NCBI GenBank assembly: GCA_036172245.1
Contig: JAYWIR010000052.1
Coordinates: 1-64,000 of the forward strand
Source: Raillietiella orientalis
Lineage: Eukaryota
Direction: 5' to 3'
DNA length: 64,000 nucleotides
A program made the translations under genes and the position numbers. Positions 22,661 through 34,300 of this stretch are shown here, piece after piece (within the stretch, counting starts at the first letter, position 1; each line of letters opens with the position of its first letter). The notes under the pieces are model-generated. The model made no database searches. It worked only from the letters and a program-made list of their open reading frames with translations, and was not told the DNA's origin.

Positions 22661-24519
22661 TTTTTCACCCGGGAAGCCAAGGCTTTTATTATTAAAAAAT
22701 TTTACAATTATTAATTTCTGTTGTCTGTATCTGTGTTGCAGTCAAAACACATTGTTGTTATTGTCTTATGCACTTTTCCTTTCCGACTTGTATGCCGGTA
22801 AGGCTTTCTCCACTCGCGAAGAGAAAAAGAGAAAAAAACAAAAACACAAAAAAGAAAAACGCTTGGGGGACAGTGTTTATGGGGAGGGAAGGGAAGGGAA
22901 GGGATCACTGTTCGCCACGGGGAGGCCTCTGCATCTGGTTCTGGATGCGAACAAGTGCTGGCAGAATGCTACTTAGCCGGCGCCAACGGGAAGCCTTCTC
23001 CATGGAGATGACTGCCCAGTGGATGGCATTCCAACTACTGCGGCTTCTTATTGACGCGTTCCACGTGTCCAATATTCCCCGTATGCAGCAGAGAACTGCA
23101 ACACACGCGGCACTTGGCAGGGAGTTCCGCATCAAGAGGCGACGAAAAATATTTTTAGAGTCGCCCATCGCTACGTTTATGGCCGAGGAGAGTCGATCCC
23201 ACATGAGGCGGAGGGCGACAGACTCGATTAGTAAGTAAGGGAAGGTATCCCTTTCCTCGCACTCTGCACAGTGGGCATCCAATCTCCCCAATGTCCAGTG
23301 AGACAGGCGTGCTCTGCTGAAAAGTCCCCAATGGAGCACAAGCTGCGCCGTCTCCTGCCAATCCAAAGGGAGGGTGCCGTTGTTCCAAGACGCTGGAGAC
23401 CACTTCACCTCCTCCGGAGCCATGCCGAGCAACTCGACCCAGCGCACAATTCCATCTGGCGGGACACTCGGGGTCGTAGCGTCCGCTAGTTTCCGTAACG
23501 TCCACGCCTTCATCAGTTTTTGCCTGCCTCCGATGAGGCAAGACACTTCATACGATGCCTCATCTTGGCTGTCCCTGACTTCTCTGAGGGAGGGCAGCAC
23601 GGGGGCAGGGGGGGTGAATGAAGGCCACAAAAGCTTTTGTGGGCTGGAAACGATCGTCCGCAGGGGCTGGCCAGCGTTCCTGCCTCGACGGAGGCAGGAG
23701 AAGTCCACCTCGCTGGAGCCGCTGATTTTTGCCCACGCGGAAACGGACTCCTGGAACCAGGTAGTCTAGTTTGCGGGGCTGCAGGAGATCTACGGATTGC
23801 TCCTCACCAGCGCAACCAGGTCACGTAGCTGAAACCCACAATGGTACAGTCTACAATCGTTGGCTACTAGGATTGAAGTCAATCCGTTGCAGCCGGTTGC
23901 CCTATGGGCAAGGACTCGTATGGGCGCACACCATGGTGCTGTCCAATATTTTGCCGCAAAGGCAAGTTTTCTTAGTTGGAGCTGACGCTCCATGCGCTCC
24001 AACGTCAGGAGACCAAGTCCACCGTCTCTGCGTGGAGCGCACAAGTCTTTCAGTCAGACGCGGGGCCTCTGGTTACCCCAAAGGGCTTTCCTGATGAGGC
24101 CCCTTGTCCGTGTCCTAATTTGGGGAGGGACAGGGCACACAAAAAATAAAAGGAGAAGGAGGGGGGCCGCAAAGGCGTTCCACACCGCGGTCCGTTCCCG
24201 CAAATAAAACTTGCCATCCCGGAACGGGCCGATCGCTAACTGCACCTTTTGAAGACGGTCGGACCAGGCTTCTGCAATGCAGAAGTCCCCCAACGGAACG
24301 CCAAGGTACTTGATGTACCCGCCCGTGGGGATTCCCAAGTGGATCCAGTCCGACCGTCCTGCCCGCGACGAGTCCGAGAAGATGATCGACGACTTCGTCC
24401 TGTTCACCTCGAGGCCTGTCCCGCGGCGCAGCAACTCGAAGAAATCCTCGAGCGCCGATGCCGGGGTGGACTCTGCGAGCAGGAGCAGAAGGTCGTCGGC
24501 ATACGCCGACACGGCAGGT
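22661..24519 (-). mobile_element. 5'-truncated Tx1 copy I
   Basis: PAVSAYADD, YLG, GGLGL and CAEC in ORFs 24054-24512, 23790-24044 and 22905-23708; 3' hairpin and A5. Confidence 0.88.
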
Positions 24520-26308
24520 CATCGCCCCAGGAGAAGATGTAAGTGGGGGCTCTTGCCCCCACTGATGCGCCCCGGTCCCTACCCAGGGCATGGACTCCGT
24601 GGCTGCAGTGTCTACGTCGGTGGTCATGGCGGGAATGAAAGGCTACCTTGAGGAGGGGTACGATTCACCCCTCCTATACAAGGTGAAGCATTTGCATTCC
24701 CCCGAGAGTGAGCGCGCTTTCCTGTAGGTGGTGTGCGCTCCCAATGTAAAAACGGAGTAGCTTCTGTCTATGTCCATCCGAAGAGGGGAGAATTTGTGGA
24801 AGTCATCTGCAAGGAAGCAACTCTTGGGCAGAGACTTCTTAGGAGTCTCGTTGCGATGGGAAACCGGAGCATTCTCCCGGCAACGGAGGACCGATCCGTG
24901 ATCGTCTACCTGATCGGTATCACGTTTCGGACGACTAAAGAGGCCATCCGAAACGAATTATGGATATTTACGTTGGAGCGCATGAAACAGCAGCTCCAAT
25001 TCAGAATACTCGCCCTTGCAGTGATATTTTGGACGTCGCCATGGTGCGTTACCTCACGCCCTCTCGCGAGTAGGGAGACCGGCTGCTGAGGATTGACTTC
25101 GTTCCTTGTCGCTAACCAACGCAGTCTGAACCATTGTGGTTTTCAGCTGCGTGACTTGGTTGCCCTGGTGAGGGAGAATACGTGGATCCTCTGCCTCCCG
25201 CTGAACTGCACTACCTGGCTTCAGGAGTCCGTTTCTGCGTGGGCCAAGATCAACTTGGCCAGGGATACGAACTACTCATGCCACCGTAGAGGCAGATACG
25301 CTGGACAGCCACTGTAAGAGATCGTTTTCACGAAAACTGCTGTGGGCTTCATTTACCCCTTTTGCTCTAGTACTTCCCTTCCTAAGGAACGCTAGGGGTA
25401 GCCAGGAAGAGGTACCGTGGGAAGCGTCCTGTTTCATCGGAGGCGGGAACAAATTGCTAAAGTCGTGGACATCTCGGAAGCTAAAGGGCGCGGCAACCCC
25501 GGATGTCCAGCCTAAGGGACCCGTGCCCTGGGGCGAGCTGCTCAGCATACAGGATGAAGTGAACTGGCCCTAGAGCGTTGGGCCAACGGCACCCTCCCCT
25601 TGGATTGTCAAGAGACGGCGCTGCTAGTGCTGCACTGGGGACTCCTTTGCAGAGCACGCCTGTCTCAATGGACTCGTGGGAGTGTGGATGTCACTTGTGC
25701 AGGCTGGGAGGAAAGGGGAACCTTTCCCCACTTGCTAATTGAGTCTGTCGCTCTCCGACCCATGTGGGATCGAGTGTCGGTGATCTTGAACATTCCCCAG
25801 GGCGACCCGAAGGACATTTTCCGTCGCCTCCTGATGCAGGATGCTTTGCCAGCAGCCGCGTGTGTGGCATTTCTCTTCTGCATACGCGGGATCCTGGCAA
25901 AATGGACTGCGTCCAACAGAGGATATAACAGCCGTAAAGTTATCCACTGGGCGGCTCTCAACATTGAGAAAGCTTTCCGATGGTCCCGGCTGAGACCATT
26001 ACGTCTGGCACTCATCCGCATCCTGAACAGGATGCAGAGGACCACTCAGAGCGAACAGTGATCCCTTCCCAGCCCTCTCTTCCCCAAAAACAATTCCCTT
26101 CCTTTGGTTATGATTTTTCTGTTTTTCTTTGTGGTTTTTCCCTTCCCCATCGCATCCAGGAAGGATCTCTGCGGCCTACGAACCGGCAGCGGCAAGTGCG
26201 TCCAGATAGGCAGAACCTCGTGTTCTGCCTGCACTTTAACATACCGAGACTTTATTATGAAATTTTTATTGTAAAAATTTTAATAATAAATAATCCGGGT
26301 GATAATAA
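24520..26308 (+). mobile_element. Internally deleted Tx1 copy J (ORF1 N-half joined to ORF2 C-terminus and 3' UTR)
   Basis: YLEEGYDSPLLYKV and VEVICKEA (ORF1) join at about 24965 to TLERMKQQLQFR (ORF2); ORF 25600-26061; 3' UTR similar to H and I. Confidence 0.82.
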
Positions 26309-26769
26309 GCGGCTCCGGGTTTTGGAAACTGTCCTGCAGGGATGCGCTTCTCTTACAGCGATTGCTGCGCACCCTTCAGGGGTAGAAAGGTCGTTCTCCC
26401 TGCAGAGGACCACTCTAGCGTGATCGAGTCCCAAATCACGGACTGCAATTGATCTGCGGTCTTAGAAACCATGGCAACTTGCTCCACGCTCTGTGGCGAA
26501 AATCAAATCCGGCAAAGTGGTTCGGGGATGCCCGCAGCGGGCTGGGCGCGTCAGAAGCGCGTCGACAGCGCCGGCACCTCGCGAGACATCTCGCGGAAAC
26601 CAGAAGCGCGCCTGCGCGCTCTCCTAACATCGGGACACAGCATCCGGGTCGGCGCGACCTTCCGCGCCTCCGCCCCCGCTGCAGCAAGGTCGCCGACCTT
26701 CCAGACGGCTGCAGCGCGCGAGACATCCCGCGGAAACCAGCAGAAGCGCACTTGCGCGCTTTCCTCAAC

Positions 26770-27070
26770 CTCGGAATGTGAGCTCTGACCCGCCAGTGGT
26801 GTCGCCAGCGGCAACGCTGGGAGCGAACTGCACCACCAAAACAGGCGATCCCGTTGAGAACGAAGAAGATGACTGGACTGTGGTCAGGATGAAGACCAAT
26901 TCGTCACAGTTGCCTTTCGCTAAGGTATGCGGGCAGAAAGGGCATAACCGCGCTGGTAAAAAGAAAGCATAAGGGAAGGCACCGGTTTCTGCGCCGTGCG
27001 CAGTAAAAGCTGCACGGTGTGATGAGGTTGTTGCCGCGGAAACCAAGGGAGTCCCGACTGAATGTTCTTG
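26770..27070 (+). mobile_element. Possible decayed ORF1/gag remnant
   Basis: DWTVV and KVCGQKGHNRA resemble a degenerate knuckle; weak. Confidence 0.25.
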
Positions 27071-28549
27071 AATCCTCGATCGCTGTGGTGCCTGAGTGCC
27101 CTCAGAGTTCGAAGGAAGCAAAGTGGGCTCTCTCGTCATCGAAGTAAGGCGACTTGTGATGAAATGGTGGCAAACGACCACACTGTTGGTCCTCCCAACG
27201 ACCCCGTCGAGGGAGACGACTCCTGAGCGGATCTCAGCTCCGGGCTATCAACCCCGCCGGCTCCAGAGGTAAAGGATTTATCCCGAAGGTTCGGTCACCA
27301 GGAGGGCTGAAGGGTGCTACCGGCGGGTGAAGATCCAGAAAAGTTCATCGAAGGATCGAGAAGGTGGGAAGGCAGAGTTCACCCCTGCCTACCTTCTCGA
27401 TCGCCCACCTTAGACAAGGGGAGTACATGCCCTGTGTCAGTGTCAGCCCATTTTATGTTTCATGAAGGACATCTGAGGTTGGGTCTGCTGACTCGTTAAC
27501 GTGCACGTTCCGCAAGTGGAGCGACTGAGCCACATCCTGAATCACCGCACAAGCAACTCGCATTCGGATCACGGGGAGTAAATGGTGAGCTTGCAGTCCG
27601 AAGCGGGAGGCACGACACAAACTCAAGGAGAGAGCGAAGACCGGGGATCGGGTGGTTCCCCACTCCGCCGCTAGATGGGAAAACGAACCGGCACGCAGTC
27701 TCGGTCGCAGTCCATAGAGGACGCGAGAAGCACGTCAGGGATCCAAGGTCGCCTCCAAGGACCACGGCTTCGTGTGGGAGATGCATGTACAGAGAGATAG
27801 AGAGAGACCTTTGTGAGTGAGAGGCCGAGCTGATCCGACAAAAAAGCCGAGATTTTGGGGGTAGAAAGCATCGCACTCAACGGCGCCAGAGGTTGCATCT
27901 CGTCTCCCCTTTCTGATACAAATCTCGGGGACGCATGTGCAATCTCGCAGTCGTGCAGGAGTATGTGGACAGCGACCCTTGTATACAAATATTCCCCGCG
28001 TACACAAACCGAATCCTCATGCAGTCATTATTATCCAAAGACTGTTGGCGGGGACCGTCGCTGCATCGCTGTTATGGGTGAAAGCTTTGCCCTTCCTCTC
28101 AAAAGGGAGAAAACGGATGTCCTTTTCGTTCCATCCGTGAGCTACGGCATAATTGGTCTCATCCTCCTACGCTTCCAGTGAGCATCCTTCCTTACCACCA
28201 GAAGAAATTTCAGGAAAGGGAAAAACGAAACTTTGAGCAGCCGCAAGGGGTAGTGAACGCGTTTTCCGAAAGAGGGAAGCAGTGCGGTGATGTGGTTAGA
28301 GGACTGCAAGCGTTTCCTGTGGGTCTCGACCCATTTCTTGGAATGATTGCTTCACCCCCGGTGCCGATCGACGGCCAATGGCTCGTTTCGCTCATTTTTT
28401 CTTTTTTTTTTTGGTTTTTTCCAGAGTCCAACTTTTTCGGTCGTTTCCGATGCGATCGCTGGTTTTCTCTTATTGCTCATTTATGGAGGGCACATTGCTG
28501 ACATCTATCTGCATGCATTTTTTTTTTCCTTTTAGTCAGTCCAGTTTCT

Positions 28550-29280
28550 TTTCACCTTCAGAGCTGTCTCTCGTACTTCCTGCCGTGAAATCAAGAGAAG
28601 CTGACTCCCGGAAATCGTAACAGGGATGTACAGATGTTACAGATGATTCGTGCAATCTCATGTGGATGTCCTCTCGACGCGAGAGGCGTTCCCCTCACGT
28701 GGCGAAGAGAAAACGCTCGGATCTGAAAGGTATCTCATCTTTCCCTTATGCGAGCCCTCTTCGAGAAAACATCCGAAACGAACGAGTCTGTCTCTCTTAA
28801 GAAATCTCTCTTCCAGGAACAGCTGTTGCCACAGATACGTAGATGTATTGGTCCCGAGTGGAGCTCAAAAGCTTGTGTCTCCCGGGGGATGGAGGGCATC
28901 AACCGAAAGAGCGGGCGAACCAGCTCATGGACGCTCAGCAACTCTTGAAAGCCACGAAGAACTGGAACGAGTTGTCTTCACGCTGCTCACAGCTCCAAGG
29001 CAAGCTGCTGCACGGGCCTAGCGCTACGTTGATGGCTCTGGAGACCTTCGAAAGGACCGATGGGGGATTTCGACCTCAGGAGGCCGAGAGAAAAGGAGCT
29101 GGCGAACGCCTACCGGCTCAGAACCATGCCCAGGAGCTAGGAGCTTCGAAGGGGTGAGGAAAACTGGTCCTGGCGATTCCGCTCTTCATCTCATTCTCGT
29201 GGGCAACGGAACAGTGGATCCACCGGAGGTCAGAATCGAAGGCCGGACGCTGTGGACAGTAAGCGGAGAGATGAGGCTGT
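28550..29280 (+). mobile_element. Possible Ty3/Gypsy gag remnant
   Basis: LGSER..MRALF..LKKSLFQEQLLPQIRRCI..RANQLM resembles a Gypsy gag pattern recalled from memory; no LTRs found. Confidence 0.3.
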
Positions 29281-29499
29281 CCCCAGCGCAAAGCGCAGAT
29301 GAGAGGCGGAGAGACCCAAGGACTAGAAAAGCATGGTCCAGGAAGCCAACTGGAGGGACGGCATTGGAAGACGGGACTCTGCGGAGGAGGCCCACCGTTT
29401 CCGGACGACGCCAGTGAGCTCCGGTGATCTGGAAGACACACACAGGGCACGTTCGATGACTTCCTGCTTTCCTACCCCGGAGGTCCCTGGCACGGCGCC

Positions 29500-30290
29500 T
29501 GACTCTGACACCTCATACGCTTAGGTCAGGACGAAGCATGCAGAAAGCGTGAGACCCAGCACCACATGCCGGGCACTGACCCGCTACTGGACAACGGTCC
29601 TTCACGAGTCCGGCCTGCTGAAGAGATGACCAATAAGGATTCCGAGTGGAGTCTTCCACGGGAACGGAGTGTCCCCCGAATCGCACAACCGTGGTGCGAA
29701 CGGCCTTCTTCACCACGAGTGCCGTGGTCTCCGAGGGAGGGAGGCGCCACGAGACCTTGCAAGGGCCGACTGCTCGCGGTGGACTCGGGGTCCGCAGCGG
29801 TCCTTTCTGCCCGAGGGCCGCAATCGCGATATGGATAGTGCCCGGGCGGAGAACCACCAGCGCGTGCTGCAGAGCGTTGCCTCTGGATTCAGCCTGCCGT
29901 GGCGGCGGGAGCTGAAGATGATGCCTGTCCACAGATCTTCTCCGCATAGAAGACTGGTTGGTCAAGAGGCCCTTTCCCTAAATCCAGACTGGTTGGGCAA
30001 AAGGTGCAAACCACAGCACCTTTGTCCCTCCTTTCCTGGGAAGACCGGAAGTCGATGGCGGCCAGCCGTACAAACAACCAGGGGTCACGAGCGGCGCGAA
30101 ATCCCCTCCCTTCAAAGGGACGAGGGCTTCGTGCCTCCTCCTCCTCGCCAGGCCGCCCCCCTCACGAAGGGAAGTGCTGAAAGCCGGCGTCCAGGCTTTG
30201 GTTGGTTGCTCAATGGGGGGGAAATGACGCAACGAAGCGACGCCGGTGGAGGTCAAGGTTCCCAATCTCGAAATCGCGAGCGATCATAAA
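29500..30290 (+). mobile_element. Divergent Tx1-like ORF2 remnant
   Basis: ECPP...RRHETLQGPTARGGLGV parallels VCPP...RVRLEDLSAPRRDGGLGL in D. Confidence 0.4.
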
Positions 30291-30860
30291 CATACATAAA
30301 TATATGTGCTTATTATATCTACTTGTATATACATATTTATATATAAATGCATATAAGTATGCATTTATATATAAAATATGATATGCATGTGATAAAGGTT
30401 ATGAAGCGTAAATGTATGTGCTTATTATATACACTTATATACAGATTAACATATGTGATAAAGATTATAAAAAATACATATACATGTTCATTATGTATAT
30501 ACATATATATATATACATTTATTTTAACAACCATATTTATTAATATTGGTTAAATAATATGTAATAATATATTCCTGATATATATAGTGAACATGGTGAA
30601 AGATATATGCGTTCATTATATGCATTAATATGAATGTACAAATATTAAATAAATCTGTAAATATCGGATCATGAAAAATAAAAAATAATGGCGACAATTA
30701 AAAATAGTGGAAAGAAATAAAATAAACAGAGTAAATATATGTGCTATTATTTATAATCTTTGCAACAGATATTAATAATACATGAATACATTTTATTAAC
30801 ATAATTATGTTAATCAATATGAATGAATATGTATGTCGCAATAATTTCGTATATGAAGCT
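30290..30860. repeat. AT-rich repeat, copy 1
   Basis: Sharp AT-rich block. Its core at about 30655-30720 (aaatatcg..aaaaataatggcgacaattaaaaatagtgg) recurs at about 35105 (direct) and about 31690 (inverted). Confidence 0.65.
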
Positions 30861-31076
30861 ACGTACGCTCACCGCCTGGTACACTCCAACGTGCTGTGTA
30901 AAATCTTTTCTTTCTTTCGGATTGCATTGGATTTAAAAAAAAAAAAAGAAAATGATATTTGCGCTGTTCGGGATGCTCATGGCTCTCCCCCTCCTCCCGG
31001 TCCCAAATTCTTGGTACACCCCGCCCCCAATGACTGGTACACAATGGTGTCACGGGAAGTCCAGCATGAAATTCTT

Positions 31077-31082
31077 TTTATT
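31077..31082 (-). promoter_or_regulatory. Candidate SLCO polyadenylation signal
   Basis: AATAAA on the minus strand about 230 nt after the stop codon. Confidence 0.35.
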
Positions 31083-31308
31083 CCCAGAGGGCTCGTTTGA
31101 ACGCGTTTCACGGGAGGATGTCCGACAGCACCCCCTCAGGCGTCCGAATCGTTCCTCACTCCTGTCTTCCAGATCCAGATTCCCGTTGCCATTTTGCGCT
31201 TTCGGGAGTTTTCCGGAAGTTCCCTATTTTTACTTGGATTCCGGAAGAGCAAGACGGGAGCCCCACTTGCACGAACTCGAGGGCGGGTCGAAGTTGGGCG
31301 AGGTGACG

Positions 31309-34300
31309 TCACAACTGGTCAGCGTCCTTGGATGTCCACAGAGGCAGCCTCTTGGAATGGTGCCACAGGAGGACGTCAAATATGAGGCCACTCCCAAAGA
31401 GTCCTGAGTGGGAAAGTGCATTAGCACGGGCGGCGCACCCGGGTGACAAACAGGGATGCTGCGAAGAGGACGCGCGCGGAGCCGCTCGCCAGGGGGCGCC
31501 CGCGAAACGCCATCTGCGCGTGCGCGCGGGTGTGTACGTACGCAAGAAACGCGGAGGCTTCGCGCCGTGTACACAAACGTGTACACAAATCCCGAGAACG
31601 GACCGAATCCTCGTTCACTGGCAAAGCTCCACGCACCGACTGCCGGAAATGATTTCCTTCCTTTAAAGTTCCGACTTGCCTTTGCATTCTCGTCCACCAT
31701 TTTCAGTTGCCACCATTCTTTTTTGTTTTTCACAATTCGATATTTACATATTCATTTAATATATTATTTACCATATTTATAAATATGCATTCATGTGCAA
31801 AACAAACAGGCGTGTTTGTTTTTTATCATCTTCACTATACATATTAATACACCTTATTAATTAGATTGATAAGTGTGCATGTTGAAAAAAATCTGCATAT
31901 TTATCTACCTATCTATATTTACAGTTACGTAAATATAATGAGCACACATTTATCCTTTATAATGTTTGCGATAAATGGCTCGTGTGTGCACATGAATCTG
32001 TATATTAATTTATACACAAATACATGAATTAATATGTATAATAAACATATGTATTCATTTTTGCAATCTTCACAGCGTATATTAATCCAAATGCATGCAT
32101 ATTAATATATAATAAGCATATCATTCATTATATGAATAATATGTATGTTAATAAATATCATTAAATATGTAGGTTAAAATAAATTTGTGTTAATATGTAT
32201 TTATATTAATGTACATAATAAGCGTGCATATATTCATTTTTATATCGTCTTCACGATACATATATTAATCTGTATAGTAACCCATATATTGATGTGCATG
32301 TAATAAATGTATGTATTTATTTTTCAGATCTTCCGGGGTCTCGAACCCAACCCTGCGTACCCACATGCGTGCTTTGGGGGGTGTAGGGATACGCCCACGC
32401 ACCGATTTCGAGCATGGCGATGACTGCGGGCCGCCGGAGGCGCGTTCGTGGTGGGAATCGGAAACTCAGGGAGACGGGCGCGGCGTTTCCAACCACTTCG
32501 TGGGTAGTGTCCAGGAACCTGAGGCATGACGCAACCACGCGGGACGTCCCGGTGAAGGCACACCCTGCATTCCCGGAACCCGCGGGGTCGCGGGCGGCTG
32601 CGGCTCGCGGGAGCGGAAGAACTCAAAGCACTCGGAGCATTCGGAAATTGCATCCGAAAAATGGACTTTCGGCGGATGCAAAAGATCTCTTTGCTGTTCT
32701 TAGCACGAATAGGTGAATGCTACCGAAGATAGGTGCACATGCCAGCTGTCGAGAATAGGTGAAGAGCGGCGGGGGTCAGAGCTCGAAGTAGGTGACCTTT
32801 TCCAGGTCCGAGCAGCTACGTGCAAGACGCGAGCCATCGCTCAAAATGCTCTTTTTGCTCGGCGGGCGCAGGACATTCGTTTCCCTTGGATACGGCGTGC
32901 ACAAAGGGCTTCCAAGCGATTTTTTCTTTTTTTTCTTTTTTTCTGCCGGGCCACTCGCGAGAACACTTCATTCATCCATGCGGTGGTTGCAGGTGGAGCG
33001 CGTGGTCGGACGGCCGGTCGCAGTCTTCGCGGAAAAGCGCGCGCCTTGCGGCCGATGCGAGTCTTTGCTTAAAATCCAGGAGCCGTCATCTTGGGGTGGG
33101 CAGGCGGGGGGTCGGGAGAGGGGGAGCTCCGAATCGAGCAGGTCTTCCCGTTCTGCACCCTCCCTTTCTTCCATCGCCTCCTCCTGGTTGCCCCAATCCT
33201 CAAACCAGGAGGACAGAAAACCCGTCATTTTCATCCCCATCGAATCGCCTTTCTGGATGAACAGGGTATCGTCCCTCATGGGGCAGCGATTTCGTGGGAG
33301 GCGAGACTGTAGGCGCAGTAGCAGACCCCCACCCGCACAACACGGTCTCTTCTTACGCGGCGAAGGGAAAAACGGACGGCCCTCCTCCCCCTTATAACGC
33401 GGTAAATGAGTTCCTTTGACACGCTGTGATGGATGAACTTCGTGGTGGTGTCCGTTCAGCTGCTTTGAAAAGAGACACGAACACATACACGGGTGGATTC
33501 GTTCTATTCGTTCTATTTTCGTGAGTCGAACAGTGCATCGGGATGGGTGTTTCCTGAACGTGGGTGGTGGAGCGGGAGCTACAGAATTGTTTCCACCGTT
33601 ACACGACACCCTACGGGCATTTTTTTTTAACCTCGTGGCAGATAATAATAAATAGACACTTCCGATTTCTTTGTGTTTGTGTTTTAAAATGAAATGGTGG
33701 GCATCCGACCGCTATGACACTCCGAGGTACATTTCGCATCCTTTCGTTTCCATGCGCGACAACACATAGGGCTCGTATAACGCGGGACCCGCGTTGTACA
33801 GGGTGGTGGTGGACGGGGATGGCTACTGTACCCCTCATTTGCTCAACTGCCTCCTGCCAACGGTACGCACTTTATTATTTCCAGTTTCGAAAGCAGAGGG
33901 CACGTGACGTGACCTCGCAGACCTATTTACCCGAGCTTTGCCGGTCCTCTCTGCTGGACGGAAACGCGTCTGACCTGCGGACGCCGCACGCTGCCCGGGT
34001 GGAGGCTGTTATTCCCACGGCCCGGAGCGGAGAAATTCGCTTGACGAAATTCGGCCTCGAAGGACCCGCCCTGAGCACCCGGCCCATTCCTCCTTCAGAA
34101 CAATAGGGCCCTTTGTCGAGTCTGAGTTTCGGATGAATGCTGGAAGCAGTCGCCGGAAGCAGAAAGGGGCCGTCTCGGGAAGTTCCGACTCCACCCTGCA
34201 GATGGTGCGCACGTTCGCTCGGCGGCCCGGGGCTCGAAGCAGGAAACCGGTGCCACCGGGAACCAGAAAAGAAGAGCAGAAGGGTCGACAGAAGGGCGGC

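Noticed and set aside
5581..26320. Sequence-specific target motif for the Tx1 family
   Set aside because: Flanks at six 3' junctions share no consensus that I can see.
30337..30553. Ile/Tyr-rich ORFs in AT-rich blocks
   Set aside because: Compositional artefacts of the AT-rich repeat.
32770..33310. Possible extra SLCO C-terminal exons
   Set aside because: The phase does not fit, and 31309-31403 supplies the last transmembrane segment and stop codon.
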